64,000 nt of DNA. It comes from Capsulimonadaceae bacterium. Lineage in GTDB: Bacteria > Armatimonadota > Armatimonadia > Armatimonadales > Capsulimonadaceae. The stretch lies in assembly GCA_965215505.1 (NCBI GenBank), contig OZ244065.1, positions 4,928,001-4,992,000 on the forward strand, written 5' to 3'. The translations under genes and the position numbers were made by a program. This document shows positions 48,678 to 57,861 of this stretch, piece after piece (the first letter of the stretch is position 1; each line of letters begins with the position of its first letter). Under the pieces are notes generated by a model. It made no database searches. It was not told the origin of the DNA and saw nothing but the letters and a program-made list of their open reading frames with translations.

Positions 48678-48730
48678 GCGGTCTCCTTCTGGATACGGAA
48701 ATGGAAAATGAGGGAAAAGTCTTGCGGCGG

Positions 48731-50074
48731 CTAGGCGGGGACGGCGTACAGGTCGTAAGGCTCGGCCTCCACGACGCGGGCGGCGACGAGCGTGCCCGGC
48801 GCGGCCTCGCAGCCGCGCACGACCACCGCGCCGTCTATCTCGGGGGCGTCGCGGAAGGAGCGGCCCACGGCGTCCGTCCGCCCTTCCTCGGCGCGCTGTG
48901 ATTCAACCAGCACGTCCAGGGTTCGCCCCAGCCACTTCTGGTTGTTCGCTAAACTGAGGGGCTGCTGCGCGGCCATCAGGGCATCCCGGCGGGCGCGCAT
49001 CACCTTCGGCGGGACGGCACCGGGCAGATCAAAGGCGGGCGTGTCCTCCTCGGCGGAGTAGGTGAAGACGCCCACGCGGTCAAAGCGCATCTCTTGAACA
49101 AAGCCGAGCAGGTTCTCAAACTGCGCGTCCGTCTCGCCGGGGAAGCCGACCAGGAACGTCGTCCGCAGGGCAAGGTCGGGCAGGGCCTGCCGCATCTTGC
49201 CGAAGAGCCGCTTGTACTGCTCGACCGACCCGCCGCGCTTCATGGCTTTGAGCATGACATCGTCGCCGTGCTGCAAGGGCATGTCAATGTAGGGGATCAC
49301 CTGCGGCAGATCGCGCAGGGCGTCAATCAAGGGCTGGCGGACCATCGTCGGGTAGCAGTAGAGCAGCCGCAGCCACTTGATGCCCTCCACCTCGGCCAGC
49401 GCCCGCAGCAGCTCGGGCAAGGCCAGCCGGCCGTACAGGTCCATCCCATAGGCGGTGGTGTCCTGCGCGACCAGGTTGAGTTCCGATGCGCCCGAGGCCG
49501 CGAGCTGCCGCGCCTCCTGCACCAGCCTTTCGATGGGCTTGGACCGGTGCTTGCCCCGGATGCCGGGGATCGCGCAGAACGTGCAGGTGTGGTCGCAGCC
49601 CTCGGAGATCTTGAGGTAGGCCGTCCACGGCGTCGCGGTCGCGCGCAGTCGGGTCTGGGGAATAAGAGGATACTTGTCGGCGACCTGCTCCACCAGGTTG
49701 ATCTGGCGGGGTCGCGCCCCGAAGACGACATTGCCGATAGCGGGCGCGCTCTCGATCCCCAGGAACGCATCCACTTCGGGAATCTCGCGGGCAAGGTCCG
49801 CCCCGTAGCGTTGGGCGAGGCAGCCGGTGACGATCACCTTGGACACCTGCCCGCGCCCCTTGCGCTTCACGGCGTCCAGGATGGCCGCGATGCTTTCTTC
49901 CTTCGCCGGCCCGATGAACCCGCAGGTGTTGACGATCAGCACGTCCGCGTCGTTCTTGTCCGCGACGAACTGCACCGCGCGTCCGTCCGCGCCCGCGAGC
50001 GCGCCCAGCATCTCCTCGCCGTCCACCTGGTTTTTCGCGCAGCCAAGCTGCACCAGACCTACTTTGGTCGCCAA
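48731..50074 (-). CDS. rimO: Ribosomal protein S12 methylthiotransferase RimO
   Basis: LGCAKNQVD, NTCGFI, GCLAQRY, CDHTCTFCAIP radical-SAM motif, TRAM domain APEIDG; probable TTG start. Confidence 0.95.
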   Translation of the reverse strand: MATKVGLVQLGCAKNQVDGEEMLGALAGADGRAVQFVADKNDADVLIVNTCGFIGPAKEESIAAILDAVKRKGRGQVSKVIVTGCLAQRYGADLAREIPEVDAFLGIESAPAIGNVVFGARPRQINLVEQVADKYPLIPQTRLRATATPWTAYLKISEGCDHTCTFCAIPGIRGKHRSKPIERLVQEARQLAASGASELNLVAQDTTAYGMDLYGRLALPELLRALAEVEGIKWLRLLYCYPTMVRQPLIDALRDLPQVIPYIDMPLQHGDDVMLKAMKRGGSVEQYKRLFGKMRQALPDLALRTTFLVGFPGETDAQFENLLGFVQEMRFDRVGVFTYSAEEDTPAFDLPGAVPPKVMRARRDALMAAQQPLSLANNQKWLGRTLDVLVESQRAEEGRTDAVGRSFRDAPEIDGAVVVRGCEAAPGTLVAARVVEAEPYDLYAVPA

Positions 50075-50209
50075 ATTCCCAACTTCCTCTGCACCAAACA
50101 ACGTAAAAGCACAAAAATTGCCGGTTTAGTGTACCCGAGAAAGGAGGAAATAGTCAATCGGCTGGGTGTGAACTGTCAGGCAATCGCCCAGGACGGGCAG
50201 GCACGGGGA

Positions 50210-50272
50210 GGGCAGGCACAGGGGCCTGCCCCTACGCCGGCGGTCGGTAGGGGCAACCCCCCGTGGTTGCCC
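50210..50272. repeat. Divergent doublet of GTAG-type REP-like palindromes
   Basis: GGGCAGGCACAGGGGCCTGCCCCTAC (50210-50235) and GTAGGGGCAACCCCCCGTGGTTGCCC (50247-50272). Confidence 0.7.
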
Positions 50273-50330
50273 TCTTTTCGGCTTGCGGTTGCTTGGCGGG
50301 CGCGGCTGCCCTGCCTCCCCCTGCTGTGCT

Positions 50331-50856
50331 TTAGCCTTCCACCTCGCGCCCCATGTCGTCCAGGTGCTTTGGCTTGAGCGCGTTGTAATCTTTGCCGCCC
50401 CCGATCCACTCGAAGGCAATGCCATCGTCGGATGGCAATTCGCGGTAGCCCATGCTCCACAGATCCTTTTGTTCAGGCCGCCAGTGAGTAAAGCCACGCA
50501 TCTGCGCTGCCATCCCGTCGTCGCAGACGGTCGCCGCTTCTTCAAGCATCTGAAGAACGTCCAAGCCAGCGCACAGGGCCGCGTGGTAACAGAGGCGGCC
50601 GCGCCTCAATCCGTGCCTGCGCGTCAAGACCGTCGGCGTCGTTGCCCACAAGCGGGGCGAACACGATGCGGTTGCCATCCGAATAGTCCGGGCCGGGGAT
50701 AGACCAGCCTCGCCCAAACGGCCAGCCCTCACGGATCGCGGCGCGCTGTTCGGCGTCCGCCAGCCGGTAGAACTCCTCCCGGCGCAAGAAGGCGCGCAAG
50801 GGGTTTCGCTCGTTCTGAACGATGTCCGACACGGCCGGCGGGAGGTCCACGCTCAT
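50331..50856 (-). pseudogene. Probable frameshifted hypothetical gene
   Basis: RBS and ATG at 50856; protein-like reading changes frame near 50600 into RLCYHAALCAGLD...MGYRE...W ending at 50331. Confidence 0.5.
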
Positions 50857-50860
50857 GCCT

Positions 50861-51334
50861 CTACTCCGCGCGCAGGACGGCCCATCCGCTTCCGAAGGCC
50901 AATACGTCCTCAACCGCGCCCCAAACAGGATCGGGAATGACCGTCTTCTGCCCCAGCGTCCGCCGCAGGTGGTAGAACCCGAAAGCGCCCGCGACGGCGG
51001 CGGCCACGCCGATGGCAGCCCCAACCTCGGCGCGCTTCCCATCATGCACACACAGGGTCGCCCCGGACAGCCCGCCCGACAGGATGCGCCCGAACAGCGG
51101 GCCGGGCGCGATGCGGTTCGGGGTGAAGGGCATTTTGTCCCCGACGATCTCCCCGGCCGCCAGGAACTTCGTGACGTTCGCCGCCTTCGCCGTTCCCAGC
51201 CACCGCAGCGGTGACTGCTCCAGGTCAGGCGACGGAGTGCGCGCTAGGTGGTCGCTCACCAGGGCGGGCGCTCCCATGCTCCGCATTCCAGCGATGACGC
51301 CCAGGCAGGCGGCTTGGAGGTAGGTGATAGGCAT
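50861..51334 (-). CDS. DUF4126-like membrane protein
   Basis: GMRSM, GEIVGDKMPFTPNR, GAVEDVLA motifs. Confidence 0.75.
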   Translation of the reverse strand: MPITYLQAACLGVIAGMRSMGAPALVSDHLARTPSPDLEQSPLRWLGTAKAANVTKFLAAGEIVGDKMPFTPNRIAPGPLFGRILSGGLSGATLCVHDGKRAEVGAAIGVAAAVAGAFGFYHLRRTLGQKTVIPDPVWGAVEDVLAFGSGWAVLRAE

Positions 51335-51382
51335 CAATGGTCTTTCCAGAGAAGATCAGCGAGTGACAAGTGACAGTAGATG

Positions 51383-51757
51383 TCAGGACAGGGCGAGAGA
51401 AGCCTTTATCGGCCCTTGCCGCACGGGTGTCAGCTCCCCCGCCTCCATAGCCTCGACGATGACGCCTTCTTCCGGCAGGATCACCACGCGCGCGTTGAGC
51501 GCCTGCGCGATGCGGCGCAGGGTGGGGAGGGTCGGCATCTGGCCGCGCTCGATGCGGGCGAGCATCGGTTGCTTGATGCCGGTCTTCTCGGACAACTCCC
51601 GCTGAGTCAGGTTGCGGGCCTCGCGCGTCTCGGTCAGCGCCAGACCCAGGCGCGTGCCCTCGCGTGCATGAGTCAGTTCTTCGGCGAACGTAGGACTAGC
51701 CGCGATCTGTTCGGCGACGTATTGCTGGAGTGACTTGTACGGATCTTGGGTCTGCAT
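51383..51757 (-). CDS. XRE-family HTH antitoxin
   Basis: REARNLTQRELSEKTGIKQPMLARIERG HTH, downstream of toxin. Confidence 0.85.
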   Translation of the reverse strand: MQTQDPYKSLQQYVAEQIAASPTFAEELTHAREGTRLGLALTETREARNLTQRELSEKTGIKQPMLARIERGQMPTLPTLRRIAQALNARVVILPEEGVIVEAMEAGELTPVRQGPIKASLALS

Positions 51758-52139
51758 GGTCTTTCTCTGCTTTCTCAACTGCCTCCCGCCGCTCTGCTTC
51801 TCGGCGGCGTACCTCCTCAACGCGGCTCAGAGCCAGTCGCGTATCACCCGGCTTGAGCCGCTGTGACTTCTTGCTGATGGCATGAACGATGACGATCTGT
51901 TCCTCAACATAGGTAAAGTAGAAGTAGCGGTACTCGATGCCGCCAAACTCAGGCCTCAGTTCCCACAAGTCGTCCTGAACCTTGCTGGCGTAGTTGCTAG
52001 GCAAACGGTTGCCCCGTTCTTCCAAAAGAAGCATGTAGTCAACGCACTTCGCCCGTGCCTTCTCCGAGAGGGACGCCAGGAACTCACCTACGGGGCTGTC
52101 GCCTCGCTCCGACTGGTAGAAGACGACCTCCCATGGCAT
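51696..52139 (-). CDS. RelE/HigB (Gp49-like) toxin
   Basis: WEVVFY..G.SPV.EFL, LWELR, YR.FY, HAI.KK motifs. Confidence 0.85.
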   Translation of the reverse strand: MPWEVVFYQSERGDSPVGEFLASLSEKARAKCVDYMLLLEERGNRLPSNYASKVQDDLWELRPEFGGIEYRYFYFTYVEEQIVIVHAISKKSQRLKPGDTRLALSRVEEVRRREAERREAVEKAEKDHADPRSVQVTPAIRRRTDRG

Positions 52140-52147
52140 GATGACGC

Positions 52148-52176
52148 ATTATAACTCTTGTGTTATCAGAAGTCAA
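52148..52176 (-). promoter_or_regulatory. Sigma-70 promoter of the TA operon with overlapping palindromic operator
   Basis: Minus strand TTGACT-N17-TATAAT; palindrome ATAAC-N6-GTTAT at 52151-52166. Confidence 0.8.
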
Positions 52177-52215
52177 TGCTGATCTGATCGGGTCTGCCTC
52201 AATTAGTGCGTCACC

Positions 52216-53531
52216 GATAGTGTCAAGTTGTTTCTGTAAAAGCTGGGAGCATCCTTGCGTGTCTACGGGTTCGTGATGGCCTGTTCCGCGAAGGTCAGGT
52301 AGGCTTTGTCCGCCTGCCAGTCGTCGCTGATCTCCATCAGTACCGCGCTCGCCAGCCGCAGGCACGACGCCTCGTTCGGGAAGATGCTTGCCACCCGCGT
52401 CCTGCGGCGCACTTCTCGGTTGACCCGCTCGACGCCGTTAGTCGTCCGTAGCAGGCGACGATGCGGCTCAGGGAACGCGAACACCGTCAAGCCTTCGGGC
52501 AGGTTCTCTTCCAGCCAGGCCGAGAGTCTGGGTGCCGCCGCTTCGTACTTCTGGATGGCCCGCTTCAGTAGCGCGTCGGCTTCGGCTCTGTCCTGGGCGC
52601 TGAAGACGGCCCTGATGTCTGCCGCGGCCTGTGCCTTGGCGTCCTGACGTGGCACATAGGCCGAGGCGTTCTGCTGAAGATGGAACTGGCAGCGCTGCCA
52701 CGGGATGCCGCCGAACACGGCCAGCCGCGCCGCCTTCAGCCCCTCGTGGGCGTCGCTGACGATCAGGCGCACGCCCCGCAAGCCGCGCTGGACGAGGCTT
52801 TGCAGGAACGAGCGCCAATGCACTTCTTTCTCGGACAGGGCGACGGAGACGCCCAGCACCTGCCGCTTGCCCTGCGCGTCCACGCCCACGGCGATCAGCA
52901 CGGCGGCATCCTGCACCAGTCCGCCCTGGCGCACCTTCTCGTAGCGGGCGTCCAGCAGCAGGTACGGACATCCGCCCAGTGGGCGCTGCCGCCAGGCTTC
53001 CAGAGTGGCGTCGAGTTCTTTGGCGGCCTGGCTGACCTGGCCGCTGCTGACCGAGAAGCCGCACAACTGCTCGGTGATGGCGGCCACCTTGCGGGTGGAG
53101 ACGCCCTGCATGTACATCTCGGCCAAGGCCAGCTTCAGGGCGCGCTCGGAGCGGGTGCCCCGTTCCAGGCTCTGCGGATAGAAGCCGCCCTCTCGCACCT
53201 GGGGGACGGCGACGGTGATCTGTCCCAGGCGGGTGTTGAGTGTCTTATCTTTGTAGCCGTTGGCGTGGCCCGTGCGCTGCTCGGTGCGCTCGTGCAAAGC
53301 CGCACCGAGGTGGTTCTGACGCTCGATCTGCATGGCGGCGTTGAGCAGGACGCGGAACAGATCGGGCAAAGCGTCAAGCCCGTGCGCGGCAAGCTGCTCC
53401 AAAAGAGGCGCTGGTAGTGTAGAATCTTCGTGGTAGGTCATGGGTAGTTTCCTTGTGGTGTGGTAACTCCAAGGATACTCCCTGACCTACTATTTCAGGC
53501 CATCAATTTACAGAAAACATTTTACACTAAC
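52216..53531 (-). mobile_element. IS256-family insertion sequence
   Basis: 25-bp imperfect IRs GATAGTGTCAAGTTGTTTCTGTAAA / TTTACAGAAAACATTTTACACTAAC; no target duplication seen. Confidence 0.9.
52263..53441 (-). CDS. IS256 (Mutator-like) transposase
   Basis: GVSTRKV, LDA..EK, SDAH.GL, QRCQFH, TTN..ER.N.E.RRR motifs. Confidence 0.95.
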   Translation of the reverse strand: MTYHEDSTLPAPLLEQLAAHGLDALPDLFRVLLNAAMQIERQNHLGAALHERTEQRTGHANGYKDKTLNTRLGQITVAVPQVREGGFYPQSLERGTRSERALKLALAEMYMQGVSTRKVAAITEQLCGFSVSSGQVSQAAKELDATLEAWRQRPLGGCPYLLLDARYEKVRQGGLVQDAAVLIAVGVDAQGKRQVLGVSVALSEKEVHWRSFLQSLVQRGLRGVRLIVSDAHEGLKAARLAVFGGIPWQRCQFHLQQNASAYVPRQDAKAQAAADIRAVFSAQDRAEADALLKRAIQKYEAAAPRLSAWLEENLPEGLTVFAFPEPHRRLLRTTNGVERVNREVRRRTRVASIFPNEASCLRLASAVLMEISDDWQADKAYLTFAEQAITNP

Positions 53532-53647
53532 AACCCGCGTTTACCCACGTTCAACTTGACACTGGAACCCTTTTCCACCCATACTGTTTATTCTAACGGC
53601 GATAATCATTGACTCCAAAATGACGGATTTAGAAGCGGGGCGTAGAC

Positions 53648-54664
53648 GTGAACCAAGTGGACTCAGGCGAGATTTTTGATGTGGCGATCATCGGCGGCGG
53701 GCCGGTCGGGCAGTATGCCGCCTATTATGCGGGCCTGCGCGGCATGAAGACGAAGGTTATTGACAGCCTGCCGCAGCTCGGTGGGCAGCTCGCGGCCCTG
53801 TACCCCGAGAAGTACATCTTCGACGTGGCCGGGTACGCCAAGGTCTACGCGCGGGACCTAGTGGAGAACCTGACCGAGCAGATGATGCAGTACGGGCCGA
53901 CCCTGGCCCTCGACGAGAAGGTCTCCGGCCTCACCTCGGAAGACGGCTTGGTCACCATGACGACCGAGAAGGGCCACACGCACTACGCCAAGTCCGCCAT
54001 CATCGCGGCGGGCGTCGGGGCCTTCATGCCGCGCAAGATCGCGCAGGCGGGTCTGGACGAGCTGGAAGGGCGCGGCCTGCACTACTTCGTCACCGACAAG
54101 AGCATCCTGGCCGGGAAGCGCCTCCTGGTCGTCGGCGGCGGCGACAGCGCCTTCGACTGGACTTTGAACCTGTACGACTCGGCCCAGAGCATCATGCAGA
54201 TCCACCGCTCGGACAAGTACAAGGCCCACGAGGACACCATTCAGAAGGTCATGGCCTTGCCCATCGAGTTCAAGACCTTCCATGAGGTCAAGCAGGTGCA
54301 TGGCGAGGAGCATGTCGAGGGCGTCACCATCTTCGACAACCGCACCAAAGAAGAGTTCTACTATGAGTGCGACGAGATCCTGTTTTCGCTCGGCTTCCTG
54401 ACTAACTTAGGCCCCATCAAGCAGTGGGGGTTCGACATCGTCGGCAACTCCATCGCGGTCAGCAACACGCGCATGGAGACCAACATCCCCGGCGTCTACG
54501 CGGCGGGCGACATCATCACCTATGACGGTAAGCTGAAGCTGATCGCGACCGGCTTCGGCGAGGCGGCAACCGCCGTCAACCACGCCAAAGCGCATGTGGA
54601 CCCCGCCGCCAAGGTCAATCCGGGCCACTCCTCGGAGAACGTGCCCGAGAAGAAGCCGCACTGA
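53648..54664 (+). CDS. TrxB-type ferredoxin--NADP(+) reductase (YumC-like)
   Basis: GGGPVG, GGQLAALYPEKYIFDV, GGGDSA.DW, KLIATGFGEA; no CxxC. Confidence 0.9.
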   Translation: MNQVDSGEIFDVAIIGGGPVGQYAAYYAGLRGMKTKVIDSLPQLGGQLAALYPEKYIFDVAGYAKVYARDLVENLTEQMMQYGPTLALDEKVSGLTSEDGLVTMTTEKGHTHYAKSAIIAAGVGAFMPRKIAQAGLDELEGRGLHYFVTDKSILAGKRLLVVGGGDSAFDWTLNLYDSAQSIMQIHRSDKYKAHEDTIQKVMALPIEFKTFHEVKQVHGEEHVEGVTIFDNRTKEEFYYECDEILFSLGFLTNLGPIKQWGFDIVGNSIAVSNTRMETNIPGVYAAGDIITYDGKLKLIATGFGEAATAVNHAKAHVDPAAKVNPGHSSENVPEKKPH

Positions 54665-54681
54665 GCGAATCTGGAGCCGCC

Positions 54682-55155
54682 ATGCTGACCGAGTACCCCT
54701 ATGCCCGGAACTACCTGTTCAACGCCCTGGAATCGGCCCCCGTGCTGTTCGACCACCTGCTGGATGGTCTGACCGAGGAGGAGGCCGACCGGCGGCCGGA
54801 CGCGGACCGGTTTACCATCCGCGAGGTCATGGCGCATCTGGCCGATTGGGAGCCGGTCTTTCTGGAGCGCCTGACCCGGATGCGCTCCGAAGACCATCCC
54901 ACCCTGCCCGGCTATGATGAGGGGCAGTGGGCGATTGACCACGGCTACGCCCAAACGGACTGGCGCGCGCAGAGCCGCCTGTTCGCCGCCCGGCGGCGGG
55001 AATTGACTGCCTTCCTCCGCGCCTGCGCCCCCAACGAATGGGCGCGCACTGCTGACCGTCCCGAGATCGGCGTCCTCACGATCGAGGCGCAGGCCCTGCT
55101 CATCCCCCTGCACGATGCCTACCATCTGCATCAGGTGGTCGAATGGCGCGGGTGA
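54682..55155 (+). CDS. DinB/YfiT-family protein
   Basis: TIRE..AHLAD.E, HD.YH..Q metal-binding motifs. Confidence 0.85.
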   Translation: MLTEYPYARNYLFNALESAPVLFDHLLDGLTEEEADRRPDADRFTIREVMAHLADWEPVFLERLTRMRSEDHPTLPGYDEGQWAIDHGYAQTDWRAQSRLFAARRRELTAFLRACAPNEWARTADRPEIGVLTIEAQALLIPLHDAYHLHQVVEWRG

Positions 55156-55365
55156 CGTGTGTTCAGATGGAAGCTGCGCTTTGCCTCAGGGCGATTGCAC
55201 ATCAGGCCCAGCCGTGCCATTCATGGGACGGCTGTTCAGCGAAGACGCTACAACCCCCGCTTCTGCACTGGCAGACTGCCCCAATAACTGAGACGCGGAG
55301 GGCGCGGGGCTAGGGGATGCTCATTCTGAGTGCCGCGAAGCGGTACTTCTTGGCGTTCGCGCCGC

Positions 55366-55389
55366 GTAGCCGTGCGTTGCAACGCATGG
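55366..55389 (+). repeat. GTAG-type REP-like palindrome (related hairpin at 55209-55234)
   Basis: GTAG-CCGTGCGTTGCAACGCATGG. Confidence 0.45.
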
Positions 55390-55528
55390 TCGGGTTTATG
55401 CGCGGTTGCCCCGCGCTTCGCCTCACGGAAATAGCGCGTTTCGTGCTTCTTGTGATATAATGGGTGTAAGTCGGCCTCCCATAAACTTTGTACGCCGTGA
55501 CCGACCGTTTCTCAGAAAGCCGAGAAAT

Positions 55529-56515
55529 ATGCCCACCTTCAAAATGCCCCGCAAGGCGCTCCCCGTGCGTGGCTCCCGCCAAGCCTTCACTCTGATCGAG
55601 CTGCTCGTGGTCATCGCCATCATCGCGATTCTCGCCGCCATCCTCTTCCCCGTCTTCCAGAACGTCCGCGAGAACGCCCGCCGGGCCGCCTGCGAGTCCA
55701 ACATGAAACAGCTCGGCTTGGCCTTCACGCAGTACCTACAGGACAGCGACGAACGCCTGCCGATGGGGTCGTCGGCGGGCCGGGACAACCTGGGCGCGGG
55801 TGACGGCTGGGCGGGGCGCATCTACCCTTTCGTCAAGAGCGCGGGGGCGTTCGCCTGCCCGGATGATGCCGCGTCCCCGGTGCAGAACACGTTCGGTGGG
55901 TCGGCTTATACTCTCTCCCCCGTCTCATTTGCCTATAACGCCGACTTGGCGGGCAGCGGCTCCCTCGGCATCCAGGGCGCAGCCCCCCTCCTGAATGCCC
56001 CCGCTAAGACCGTCCTGCTGTGCGAAGTGACGGCGGCGCCCTTCGCCGCCTCCGCTCAGGACGCGCAGGCCGTGGCGGACCTCTCCACGGTTGACGAGTG
56101 GGGCGGGCAGGGCGCCGGCGTGTCGCCCTGCATGGACGGCTCCCCGGCCTCCGATGGGGAATCGGCCTTCGTCCTCGCGCCCGGCGGCACCTCCTGCTCT
56201 CTGCCCCTCGCCACCGGCTTCATGGGAGTTTCCGGCCCGCGCACCATGAACTTCCAGGCGGGCGTGGGCAAGTTCTACCTCGCGCCGACGGGCCGGCACA
56301 CGGGCGGCTCCAACTTCCTCTTCTGCGACGGACACGTCAAGTGGCTGCGCGGGAATCAGGTGTCCACGGGGCCGGTCCTCGGCTCCGACTCGCCGACGAA
56401 GGGGGCCGCAGAGCAGCCGACGGACTCCCAGGACAGCAATCCCAACCTCAAGCGCGGGAACGCCGCCGGGACGCAGAGCGCCCAGCCCTGGGCCGCGACG
56501 TTCAGCCCGATCTAG
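55529..56515 (+). CDS. Prepilin-type / H-X9-DG (DUF1559-like) protein
   Basis: [51 protein letters not shown]. Confidence 0.9.
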   Translation: MPTFKMPRKALPVRGSRQAFTLIELLVVIAIIAILAAILFPVFQNVRENARRAACESNMKQLGLAFTQYLQDSDERLPMGSSAGRDNLGAGDGWAGRIYPFVKSAGAFACPDDAASPVQNTFGGSAYTLSPVSFAYNADLAGSGSLGIQGAAPLLNAPAKTVLLCEVTAAPFAASAQDAQAVADLSTVDEWGGQGAGVSPCMDGSPASDGESAFVLAPGGTSCSLPLATGFMGVSGPRTMNFQAGVGKFYLAPTGRHTGGSNFLFCDGHVKWLRGNQVSTGPVLGSDSPTKGAAEQPTDSQDSNPNLKRGNAAGTQSAQPWAATFSPI

Positions 56516-56603
56516 TCCACCGGTCTTACTCCTCCATCGTCCGCAGGACGCCTGGCCTAGCGAGCGGTTTTCATCCGCTCACGAATTCAGGTATCATGCC
56601 CCC

Positions 56604-57146
56604 ATGACGGACGACACACTAGACGAGGTACTACTAGCCCATTATACCGGACGGCTCGCCGGGCTGCGTTACCAGGCGGTCGGCATGGTCGAGACGCTGA
56701 CGTTCTCGCCGGAGATGGACCGGCACGTCACGATGACGACACTGCAAGTGCTTCCCGAGAGTGGCGTCTGCGGCCAGTACCCCGGCAAGCAGTGGTGGCA
56801 GGGCCGCCGCATCCCCGGCCGGCAGATTTCCGCCGTCAGCGCCGACGTCCTCGATGCCCTGGACATCCCCCATGACGTGCCTGGAGACAACCTGATCATC
56901 CGGGGCATTGACCTGGGCCGGTTCGTCCCCGGCGACACCCTGCGCGTCGGCGATGCTCTGCTCTCAGTCACCCCGACCCTGCACCGGCCCTGCGCGAAGC
57001 TTGCGCGGCGGACGAGCCTGACCCGGATGAAGGCGATCAGCGCCGGCCGCCTGCGTGGCCTCCTGCTGGACGCCCGCGCGCCCGCGACGATCCGGGTCGG
57101 CGACCCGGTCGAGCTGATCCTGCTCCCCTCTGACAGCGTTGTTTAA
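56604..57146 (+). CDS. MOSC-domain protein
   Basis: RQIS, GDNL, G..LRVG, PC.K, IRVGD motifs. Confidence 0.75.
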   Translation: MTDDTLDEVLLAHYTGRLAGLRYQAVGMVETLTFSPEMDRHVTMTTLQVLPESGVCGQYPGKQWWQGRRIPGRQISAVSADVLDALDIPHDVPGDNLIIRGIDLGRFVPGDTLRVGDALLSVTPTLHRPCAKLARRTSLTRMKAISAGRLRGLLLDARAPATIRVGDPVELILLPSDSVV

Positions 57147-57193
57147 AGCGGCCTTGCTTTCCGGTATAATGACGCCGGAAAGTTTTCTCCCCC

Positions 57194-57646
57194 ATGCCAA
57201 CACGAACCACTAAGACCGGCCTCCTTCTGCTCGCCATCGCCGCCCTCGGCGCGGGATGTTCGCGGCCCCAGCCCACCGTGGATCAGGTGGGGGGTGTCAC
57301 CACGCCTCCCGACCTGCGCGTCGGTGCCAACCCCCCCGGCGGCCCGAGCGAGGCCCCCACCGGCGCGGGCGCGGGCGGCTCGGCGGCGGCGGGCTATGAG
57401 GGCGGGCGCGTCGGCTCCACGCGCGAGCAGCCAACCCTGCCGCCCCAGCCCCAGGGCATCACCCAGAGCCGCATGTCCCCCGTCGGCAGCAGCGGCTCCG
57501 GGCTGGGCGACCGGGGCAACCCGATTCCCCCGGACGTCTCCCTCACTGCCCCGCCCGATCCCGCCGCCCCCGTGCGCCTGGCCCCGGCCAGCACTGCCAT
57601 CCCCAACAGACTGCCCGAGGGGAACGCGCGGGTTCGGAAGCCCTAA
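57194..57646 (+). CDS. Pro/Gly-rich lipoprotein
   Basis: Lipobox LGAGC; low-complexity body. Confidence 0.65.
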   Translation: MPTRTTKTGLLLLAIAALGAGCSRPQPTVDQVGGVTTPPDLRVGANPPGGPSEAPTGAGAGGSAAAGYEGGRVGSTREQPTLPPQPQGITQSRMSPVGSSGSGLGDRGNPIPPDVSLTAPPDPAAPVRLAPASTAIPNRLPEGNARVRKP

Positions 57647-57782
57647 CCCGCCCCGCGGCGAGTCACTTCTCCTATGTTCCGTCTTTGATGGCATTCGGTA
57701 AGCCGGCAGGAGCATCCCAACCGCCGCCCCTCCGCCCCCGCCCGTCTCGGGAAGGGAAGCGACTCGTCGCGGGGCGGGTTCC

Positions 57783-57811
57783 TTGACTCCTCTTCCCCTT
57801 TCGACTATAAT
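57783..57811 (+). promoter_or_regulatory. Sigma-70 promoter
   Basis: TTGACT-N17-TATAAT about 50 nt upstream of the dehydrogenase. Confidence 0.8.
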
Positions 57812-57861
57812 GTACGGCAGCAGACCGGCCCATTCCGCCGCCACTTCCAGGAGACTCCCCC

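Noticed and set aside
46680-48734. 684-aa plus-strand ORF
   Set aside because: Antisense to the 636-aa gene, which has the RBS and codon bias
53595-53613. Fur-box-like GATAATCATT upstream of the ferredoxin reductase
   Set aside because: Only the central 10 nt match; not enough to call
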